Source of the DNA: an uncultured Clostridia bacterium
GTDB taxonomy: Bacteria; Bacillota; Clostridia; TANB77; CAG-508
Length of the DNA stretch: 64,000 nt
Reading direction: 5' to 3'
Assembly (NCBI GenBank): GCA_944386715.1
Contig: CALXCD010000003.1
Span: 3,294 to 67,293 of the forward strand
The position numbers and the translations under genes were made by a program. This document shows positions 56,893-64,000 of this stretch, piece after piece (the stretch's first letter is position 1; every line of letters starts with the position of its first letter). The notes below the pieces were generated by a model that saw only the letters and a list, made by a program, of their open reading frames with translations, did no database searches and was not told the DNA's origin.

Positions 56893-57405
56893 TTATATTT
56901 CAAATTCTTCTGAATCAAAGTATATATCTGAATCTGAAGTATAAACATATTTTATGACTCTATAAGTTCCTTTGGATAGAGTTCCATAAATATCATTCCA
57001 ATTAAGTACTTGTTCAATTTGATTGTTTTTGTTTACTTTATAGATACTATCACTAAAATTAGGGTTTTGTAATAAATCTAATTTTTTCCAACTACCGTTT
57101 TCTTTTTTCTCTAGGTAGTAAGTTTCTTTCCAAATGTAAGGAAATTCGTTGTTATCTGTAATTAAGATAGTTGCTCCGGTTGGAGTTAAGGAACTTTTAA
57201 CAATTTCTATTTTTACGTTTTCTGTATTTCTGTTATAATCTTTTTCTATTTGGTTTGCTTTTTCTGTTAAATGCATCATATTTGTTGCGACACTTTTATA
57301 GGCATTCGCAAAATAGAAGCAACGATTGATAGCTACTATAAGGATAATAATTAATATAAGAATTATAATTAAAAATATTTTATTTAATTTATTCATATAC
57401 ATCAT
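56893..57405 (-). CDS. Membrane-anchored hypothetical protein
   Basis: ORF with a TM anchor and a beta-rich C-terminal domain. No family recognised. Confidence 0.5.
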   Translation of the reverse strand: MMYMNKLNKIFLIIILILIIILIVAINRCFYFANAYKSVATNMMHLTEKANQIEKDYNRNTENVKIEIVKSSLTPTGATILITDNNEFPYIWKETYYLEKKENGSWKKLDLLQNPNFSDSIYKVNKNNQIEQVLNWNDIYGTLSKGTYRVIKYVYTSDSDIYFDSEEFEI

Positions 57406-57629
57406 CTCCTATGTTTTAATTATAGCATATTTTACAGTATTTTACAAGATTTTCACAGTAGTAACAGATTTCTCAAAAAATATCAGAGAAGTTGTTGGAA
57501 AAAATTGACAAAAGAAAACAAATAAAGTATAATTTATCTATCACTAGAATTTCATAAAAGTAGTATTTTTTATTTGTATTTATATGCCAATTAATGTTTA
57601 CAAGAATAGTAATAAAGGGGGAATTTAGA

Positions 57630-58367
57630 ATGAAAAAAGAAAAGAGAGAAATGAAGTTGTGGAAAAAGATACTTATTGTTATTGTAATTATATTAATCAT
57701 ATTTGTTGGCATTACTTTAAGAAAATTAATAATATTGAATGATATAGATAATAAAGTATCAAAATTAGAAAACAATAATGATAATATATATATAGAAGTA
57801 ATTGTAAATAATGGCACACATATTTCCAAATTAACAAGATTTATAAAAGATAATATTGATAAAGTAATAGTTGAAAATATAGATAATAAAGGAGAAAAAA
57901 CTACGACAATTCAAATCACATATCCAAATCAAAGAAAAGTTTTTACAGAAAAAGATGGAATGAAAGTTATGAGTGTATATGATGAAACAGCTCCAAAAAG
58001 AGGAGCACATATAGAAAATACAACTTCATCATCATACAGCTCTATTGTTAATTTTGCATATAATAATAGTATTCCAGAAAAAATTTTGGATAGTGTTTTA
58101 ACTAATATAAAAGATATGAAAATGGATGAGAAACAATGTTATGAATTATCTAGTTTGTATAATTCTAATTTTATGTATTCAGAAAATAAAAAGGAAATAA
58201 AAGCATATATAGAAAAAGATACGGGATTACCAATAAAGTTAATAGAAGTCGTTAATGAAAATGGGAAAAATGTCGAAAATGTAACTACTTATAAATATCA
58301 ATTTAATATAGTTACTGATGAAGATATGCAGGAACCAAATAATCAAGAATATACGTTACAGAGATAA
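57630..58367 (+). CDS. Membrane-anchored hypothetical protein
   Basis: The ATG at 57630 follows GGGGGAAT. TM anchor. No family recognised. Confidence 0.5.
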   Translation: MKKEKREMKLWKKILIVIVIILIIFVGITLRKLIILNDIDNKVSKLENNNDNIYIEVIVNNGTHISKLTRFIKDNIDKVIVENIDNKGEKTTTIQITYPNQRKVFTEKDGMKVMSVYDETAPKRGAHIENTTSSSYSSIVNFAYNNSIPEKILDSVLTNIKDMKMDEKQCYELSSLYNSNFMYSENKKEIKAYIEKDTGLPIKLIEVVNENGKNVENVTTYKYQFNIVTDEDMQEPNNQEYTLQR

Positions 58368-58722
58368 GCTTTAAGAAAAATAAAATTTCCTTGTAAGAAG
58401 AATGGAAAATATTGACAAAAAACACCTTTAAATGTCTAATTTACACAGACTCAAAATGAGCCTGTATAGAAAATTTTGTTGCAACTATCTCTCAAACTCA
58501 ATATAATTAAATTAAACTGAATAAATAAAAAAATTTTATTACTACTGATTCAAGCTTTGTCTATACAAAGGGTATCCTATTAGGATACCCTTTAAACATA
58601 GTATTAAAAAATTAAAAGATTTTTAATTTTGAATTATTATATTTTATTGACTTTTAAATATACAGATGTTAAAATTCTAATATAAAGTTACATAAAATTT
58701 ATCAAATTATGGAGGTAAAGAA

Positions 58723-59391
58723 ATGATGAAAGTAGAGAAGCGGTATATTTATTGGGACTTGGATGGAACTATATGGCAGCACAAGCAACATGAAGTTGAA
58801 TTAATTGCTCGGCATTTACAAATTCCTTATTCTATTAAGTTAGAGGAAGAATTCTTTTATATGATAGGAGAATTTAATCGTTGTTTTGCAACACAAAAAG
58901 TGACACAAGAAGGGATATGTGCAATCATAGAACGGACGATGTTAGAATTGCTTTCAGCAGGAATAACAGGTAGAGAATTCTTAGACGGATGGTGCAATAC
59001 AGATTGCAATACAATAAATGAAAATGCAGAGTATGTACTCAGAACATTAAAAGATGCTGGAAAGCAGAACAATGCTTTAACGGACTGGCTTTTTGAGAGA
59101 CAGATTACGCAACTAAAAGACTTTGGGATTTTTGATTATATGGAAAAGATTTATAGTTGCGAAGGGTATTATCTGAAAAAGAACCCATTATCAATTGCCA
59201 GAGTGATAAAACCAAAAAACAGGGAAGATTCTATTTTAATAGGAGATTCTTTGAGCAGTGATATTGCTTTTGCAAATAATGCGGGAATTGATAGCATCTG
59301 GTTTAATCCGAATCGGACAAAAAATCTTACATCTTTAAAACCGACTTTCGAAATTACTTCATTATTGGAAGTATTGGATATTATTCAATAA
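58723..59391 (+). CDS. HAD-superfamily hydrolase
   Basis: Motif I (WDLDGTIW) and motif IV (IGDSLSSDI). Confidence 0.8.
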   Translation: MMKVEKRYIYWDLDGTIWQHKQHEVELIARHLQIPYSIKLEEEFFYMIGEFNRCFATQKVTQEGICAIIERTMLELLSAGITGREFLDGWCNTDCNTINENAEYVLRTLKDAGKQNNALTDWLFERQITQLKDFGIFDYMEKIYSCEGYYLKKNPLSIARVIKPKNREDSILIGDSLSSDIAFANNAGIDSIWFNPNRTKNLTSLKPTFEITSLLEVLDIIQ

Positions 59392-59475
59392 GATGTCCTT
59401 GAAATTAAGGAAAACAGTACCATTCTTTATGGAGTAGTGGTACTGTTTTATTATGTAAAAAAGTGAAAATAAATC

Positions 59476-59519
59476 TTGACAAAGAAAAAAATGTGTCTTA
59501 AAATAGTTAGGTAGCTAAC
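59476..59519 (+). promoter_or_regulatory. Promoter (TTGACA-17-TAAAAT) followed by the dyad GTTAG-GTAG-CTAAC, a likely MarR operator
   Basis: Hexamers at 59476-59481 and 59499-59504. The dyad is at 59506-59519, just upstream of the MarR gene. Confidence 0.45.
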
Positions 59520-59537
59520 AAAAAAGAAGGTGAAACA

Positions 59538-59993
59538 TTGAAAAAAGAAAGAGAAGTTGGAAAAGAATTGCAAATGTTATCTAGACAAATAAAAAGAAGA
59601 ATGGATCAATCTGTATCAGAATATCAAATTACTGGAAAACAAGTATCTATCCTGTTATATATTTATGATGAATCTAAAAAAAGAGATGTGTATGCGAAAG
59701 ATATAGAATTGGCATTTGATATGAGAAGGGCATCTGTAACAGGAATTTTACAATTAATGGAGAAAAATGGAATTATTAAAAGAGAAGGAAATGCTCAAGA
59801 TGCCAGATTAAAAAAATTGATGTTAACGACAAAAGCTAAAGAAGCAAGAGAAAAACTAAAAAAGGAAATTATTCAAGTAGAAGAAGTTTTAACAGAAGGA
59901 ATTTCAAAAGAAGAAATAGAGACTTTTTTTACAATCATGAAAAAAATGTCTCATAATTTATGTTTAAAAGAAAAGAAGGAGGAGAAACAATGA
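59538..59993 (+). CDS. MarR family transcriptional regulator
   Basis: Winged-helix region (ITGKQVSILLYIY...DIELAFDMRRASVTGILQLMEKNGIIKRE). TTG start. Confidence 0.85.
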   Translation: MKKEREVGKELQMLSRQIKRRMDQSVSEYQITGKQVSILLYIYDESKKRDVYAKDIELAFDMRRASVTGILQLMEKNGIIKREGNAQDARLKKLMLTTKAKEAREKLKKEIIQVEEVLTEGISKEEIETFFTIMKKMSHNLCLKEKKEEKQ

Positions 59994-61735
59994 TAAAAAA
60001 ATTAGCAAGTTATGTGAAAGAATATAAAAAATCTGCAATACTTACACCAATATTTGTTATATTAGAAGTTGTCATGGAAGTTATTATTCCGCTTCTGATG
60101 GCTAACATCATAGATGTAGGAATTCAAAATAATGATATAGATTATATTCTGGAAATGGGAATATTGCTAATCATATCTGCTATATTATCTTTAACATTTG
60201 GAATGTTATCAGGAAGATTTGCAGCAAAAGCCTCAGCAGGATATGCTAAAAATTTAAGAAAAGCAATGTTTCACAAAATACAAGATTATGCATTCGAAAA
60301 TATAGATAAATTCTCAACATCAAGTTTAGTAACAAGAATGACAACAGATGTAACAAATGTACAAATGGCATTTCAAATGATAATACGTATCTTAGTGAGA
60401 GGACCTATTATGATGATATTTGCTCTTTTAATGGTATTATCGATAAGTGCTAAATTATCTTTAATCTTTTTTGTTGCAATTCCAGTATTAGGAGTAATAC
60501 TATATTTGATAGCAACAAAAGCACATCCTATCTTTGAAAAAGTATTCAAAAAATATGATAAATTAAATAGAGTAGTACAAGAAAACTTAAATGCAATCAG
60601 AGTAGTGAAAGCTTATGTTCGTGAAGATACAGAAGAAGAAAAATTCCAAGATGTCAATAATGAAGTATATACCAACTTTAAAAAAGCAGAAAAAATAGTA
60701 GCCTTCAATAGTCCTGTAATGCAATTTACGATTTATACCTGTATTCTATTTATCTCATGGATTGGTGCAAGATTAATTGTTGGCGGAGATATGCAAACAG
60801 GTCAACTTTCTAGTATCATTACTTATGCATGGCAAATATTATCTAGTTTGATGATGATATCTATGGTATTTGTCATGGTAATTATTGCACAATCATCAGC
60901 AGAAAGAATAGTAGAAGTAATTGATGAAGAACCAGCTTTAAAAAATCCAGAAAACCCAATCAAAGAAGTAAAAAGTGGAGATATCTCATTCAAAAATGTT
61001 AGTTTCTGTTATAGTGATGAAGAAGATGAGAACAAATTTGCATTAGAAAATATAAACTTAGAAATAAAAGAAGGAGAGACCATTGGAATTATAGGAGGAA
61101 CGGGAAGTTCAAAATCAACATTAGTACAATTAATACCAAGACTTTATGATGTTACAAAAGGTGAAATTAAAGTTGGAGGAGTTAATGTAAAAGATTATGA
61201 TATCCATACCTTAAGAGATGCTGTTGCAATGGTATTACAAAAAAATGTATTATTTTCTGGAACTATTGCAGAAAATTTACGTTGGGGAAAGAAAAATGCA
61301 GAACAAGAAGAATTAGAAGATGCATGTAAATTAGCACAGGCAGATGGATTTATACAAGAATTCCCTTCCAAATATGAAACTGTTTTGGACCAAGGGGGTA
61401 CTAATGTATCTGGTGGTCAAAAGCAAAGAATATGTATTGCAAGGGCAATACTTAAAAAACCAAAAATATTAATTTTAGATGATTCTACAAGTGCAGTAGA
61501 TACGAAAACAGATAGTTTTATTAGAAAAGCCTTTAGAGAAGAAATACCAAATACCACTAAGATAATTATTGCACAAAGGGTTACATCTATAGAAGATGCT
61601 GATAAAATTATTGTATTAAATGAAGGAAAGATTGATGGAATAGGTACATCAGAAGAATTACTTAAAACAAATGAAATTTATAAAGAAGTATATGAATCTC
61701 AAATGAAAGGAGATGACAAAGAAGATGGAGAATAA
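59990..61735 (+). CDS. ABC exporter, fused permease/ATPase (heterodimer partner A)
   Basis: Six TM helices plus an NBD (GGTGSSKST, VSGGQKQR, ILILDDSTS). The ATG at 59990 follows AAGGAGGAG. Confidence 0.9.
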   Translation: MIKKLASYVKEYKKSAILTPIFVILEVVMEVIIPLLMANIIDVGIQNNDIDYILEMGILLIISAILSLTFGMLSGRFAAKASAGYAKNLRKAMFHKIQDYAFENIDKFSTSSLVTRMTTDVTNVQMAFQMIIRILVRGPIMMIFALLMVLSISAKLSLIFFVAIPVLGVILYLIATKAHPIFEKVFKKYDKLNRVVQENLNAIRVVKAYVREDTEEEKFQDVNNEVYTNFKKAEKIVAFNSPVMQFTIYTCILFISWIGARLIVGGDMQTGQLSSIITYAWQILSSLMMISMVFVMVIIAQSSAERIVEVIDEEPALKNPENPIKEVKSGDISFKNVSFCYSDEEDENKFALENINLEIKEGETIGIIGGTGSSKSTLVQLIPRLYDVTKGEIKVGGVNVKDYDIHTLRDAVAMVLQKNVLFSGTIAENLRWGKKNAEQEELEDACKLAQADGFIQEFPSKYETVLDQGGTNVSGGQKQRICIARAILKKPKILILDDSTSAVDTKTDSFIRKAFREEIPNTTKIIIAQRVTSIEDADKIIVLNEGKIDGIGTSEELLKTNEIYKEVYESQMKGDDKEDGE

Positions 61736-63590
61736 AAAGAAAACTTCCAAATGGGCTACGATAAAAAGACTTTTAGGATATGTGGTTTCTACTTATAAAT
61801 TGCAATTAGTAGTTGTTTTAGTTAGTATCATTATCAGTGCATTGGTAGGAGTAGCTGGTATTGAATTTATCAAATATTTAATTGACGACTTTATTACTCC
61901 ACTTCTTGGAAGTCAAAATCCTGACTATACAGCACTATTTAATGTTATTATGATGATGGCACTAGTATATTTGGTTGGGGTAATAGCAACTTATATTTAT
62001 AATAGATTAATGATAAATATATCTCAAGGAGTATTAAATAAAATACGTAAACAATTATTTAATCATATGCAAAAATTACCAATCAGATATTTTGATAGTA
62101 GACCACATGGAGAAATCATGAGTATTTATACAAATGATGTAGACACTTTAAGGCAGATGCTTAGCCAAAGTATTCCACAGGTATTTTCAGCAATTGTTTC
62201 TATGGTAACAGTTTTAATATCTATGTTTACAACAAATGTATATTTAACACTTGTTGTGCTTGCTATGGTAGTTATCATGATATTTGTTTCTAAATATCTA
62301 GGAGGAAATAGTTCAAAATTTTTCGTAAAACAACAAGAAGACCTTGGAAAAGTGGATGGATATATAGAAGAAATGATGGAAGGTCAAAAAGTTGTTAAGG
62401 TATTTAATTATGAAGAAGAATCTAAGAAGAAATTTGATGCATTAAATGAAGCATTATGTGATAGTAATACAAAGGCAAATATGTATGCTAATATCTTAAT
62501 GCCATGTATCATGAATATTGGTAATTTAGGATATGTTTTAGTAGCGGTAATCGGAGGAATGTTATCTGTTAATGGAATATTATCTATCGGAAGTATAGCT
62601 GCCTTCTTACAATTTGTAAAAGCCTTTACAAATCCATTAGGTCAAGTATCACAACAAATGAACTCTATTGTAATGGCATTAGCAGGTGCAGAAAGAATAT
62701 TTGAATTAATAGATGAAGAAGTGGAAATGGATGAAGGATATGTTACTTTAGTAAATGCTAAAATAGAAGATGGAAAAATTACAGAGTCTAAAGAAAGAAC
62801 TGGTGTATGGGCTTGGAAACATCCGCATAAGGATGGAAGAATTACTTATACAAGATTACGTGGTCAAGTAGAATTTGAAAATGTTCAATTTGGATATGAA
62901 GAAAATAAAAAAATATTACATGATATTACTTTGACTGCAAAAGAAGGTCAAAAAGTTTCCTTTGTTGGAGCAACTGGAGCTGGTAAAACAACGATTACAA
63001 ATTTAATAAACCGCTTCTATGATATTCAAGAAGGAAAAATAAGATATGATAGAATTAATATTAGAAAAATTAAAAAAGATGACTTAAGAAGGTCATTAGG
63101 AATGGTTTTACAAGATACTAGTTTATTTACAGGGACAATAAAAGATAATATTAGATATGGAAAGTTAGATGCAACAGATGAAGAAGTAATAGAAGCAGCG
63201 AAGCTTTCTAATGCGGATAAGTTTATCCAACATCTACCACAAGGTTATGATACGGTAATTACAGGAAATGGAGAAGGATTATCACAAGGACAAAGACAGT
63301 TGTTATCTATTGCAAGAGCAGCTTTAAATAATCCACCAGTTTTAATATTAGATGAGGCAACTTCAAGTATTGATACAAGAACAGAAAAAATAGTGCAAGA
63401 AGGAATGGATAAATTGATGAAGGGAAGAACTGTTTTTGTTATCGCACATAGATTGTCTACGATTAGAAATTCTGATTTAATTATGGTATTAGACCATGGT
63501 AGAATTATGGAAAGAGGTAATCATGATGAGTTAATAGCTAAAAAAGGAATGTATTATGGTTTGTACACTGGTGCTATTGAGATTGATTAA
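61713..63590 (+). CDS. ABC exporter, fused permease/ATPase (heterodimer partner B)
   Basis: Six TM helices plus an NBD (GATGAGKTT, LSQGQRQL, VLILDEATS). The start could be 61713 or 61725. Confidence 0.9.
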   Translation: MTKKMENKKKTSKWATIKRLLGYVVSTYKLQLVVVLVSIIISALVGVAGIEFIKYLIDDFITPLLGSQNPDYTALFNVIMMMALVYLVGVIATYIYNRLMINISQGVLNKIRKQLFNHMQKLPIRYFDSRPHGEIMSIYTNDVDTLRQMLSQSIPQVFSAIVSMVTVLISMFTTNVYLTLVVLAMVVIMIFVSKYLGGNSSKFFVKQQEDLGKVDGYIEEMMEGQKVVKVFNYEEESKKKFDALNEALCDSNTKANMYANILMPCIMNIGNLGYVLVAVIGGMLSVNGILSIGSIAAFLQFVKAFTNPLGQVSQQMNSIVMALAGAERIFELIDEEVEMDEGYVTLVNAKIEDGKITESKERTGVWAWKHPHKDGRITYTRLRGQVEFENVQFGYEENKKILHDITLTAKEGQKVSFVGATGAGKTTITNLINRFYDIQEGKIRYDRINIRKIKKDDLRRSLGMVLQDTSLFTGTIKDNIRYGKLDATDEEVIEAAKLSNADKFIQHLPQGYDTVITGNGEGLSQGQRQLLSIARAALNNPPVLILDEATSSIDTRTEKIVQEGMDKLMKGRTVFVIAHRLSTIRNSDLIMVLDHGRIMERGNHDELIAKKGMYYGLYTGAIEID

Positions 63591-63663
63591 AATTAAAAAA
63601 TTACTTTATACCTAAAAGGATAGAGTAATTTTTCTTTTTATGTTATACTAAATTCGAAAATTT

Positions 63664-63689
63664 TGTAACGAAAATGAATTTGATACGTC
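63664..63689 (+). promoter_or_regulatory. ECF-type promoter TGTAAC-N16-CGTC
   Basis: TGTAAC at 63664-63669 and CGTC at 63686-63689, about 25 nt upstream of the ECF sigma start. Confidence 0.5.
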
Positions 63690-63714
63690 CTATATGCAAA
63701 GGAGGATAAAAGTT

Positions 63715-64000
63715 ATGCAGGATATTGAAAAAATCTATGAAGAATATTTTGAAACAGTAAACAAATATTTATTCTGTTTAACACATAATCAAGATATCTC
63801 TGAAGAGCTTACTCAAGAAACATTTTATAAAGCGGTAAAGAAAATTGATACTTTTAAAGGTGAATGTAAAATGTCAGTATGGTTATGCCAAATTGCTAAA
63901 AATTTATGGTACGACCAATGCAGAAAAAAACAAAAAGTGATTCCTGCAGAGGAGAAAGACTTATTTCCTATAGAGACATTAGATACTTTAGAAGAACAAG
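63715..64000 (+). CDS. ECF (sigma-70 family) RNA polymerase sigma factor, N-terminal part; continues beyond the window
   Basis: Region 2 motifs (EELTQETFYKAVKKIDTF, VWLCQIAKNLWYD). An SD (AAAGGAGGA) lies upstream. Confidence 0.85.
   Translation, partial: MQDIEKIYEEYFETVNKYLFCLTHNQDISEELTQETFYKAVKKIDTFKGECKMSVWLCQIAKNLWYDQCRKKQKVIPAEEKDLFPIETLDTLEEQ

Overview
This is a visibly AT-rich chromosomal window from a low-GC Firmicute, of the Clostridia-type endospore-former kind. Almost all coding is on the + strand. All coordinates that are not taken from the ORF track were counted by hand and may be off by 1-2 nt.

Contents in order:
- Tail of a BceB-like FtsX permease.
- A MerR-controlled operon: Fe-S aldo/keto reductase, cupin, MerR, DUF362, LarC.
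- A membrane-anchored glucosaminidase.
- A 1079-aa fused MacB-type ABC ATPase/permease.
- An ~11 kb LysR/TetR-flanked accessory redox island (9.6-20.8 kb). It holds a cyclophilin-like protein, DUF3737, an aldo/keto reductase, an alpha/beta hydrolase, an Isf-like flavoprotein, an FGE-flavodoxin fusion, DUF4405, a CMD protein, a flavin reductase, an anchored flavodoxin and an ABM protein.
- yebC.
- A complete spoIIIAA-AH operon.
- An orphan pilin-like gene.
- pfk and prs.
- A FIST/aldehyde dehydrogenase/Fe-alcohol dehydrogenase cluster.
- TetR, a DUF308 protein and a divergent DnaB-like helicase, followed by a frameshifted Abi_2 gene.
- Peroxiredoxin, a DUF1540 protein, fba and smpB.
- A BceRS-like two-component system.
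- A GT51 transglycosylase, a hydrolase and an MFS transporter.
- carAB.
- MarR plus two ABC exporters.
- The start of an ECF sigma factor.

No rRNA, tRNA, CRISPR array or intact transposase was seen.

Most interesting observations:
1. A three-copy non-coding repeat family has a conserved core closed by long stems that covary between copies. One copy sits inside the spoIIIA operon.
2. In the redox island several enzymes, including two flavodoxin domains and an FGE domain, appear to be anchored facing outward next to a His-rich DUF4405 membrane protein.
3. A small ORF plus terminator leader lies in front of carAB and looks like translation-coupled attenuation.
4. An Abi_2 pseudogene cassette is bracketed by direct repeats, next to a degenerate DnaB-like helicase.
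5. A 250-nt orphan segment richer in G+C follows the island.
6. Gene relics (flavodoxin, AKR, VanZ, Abi) are scattered through the window and indicate ongoing decay.
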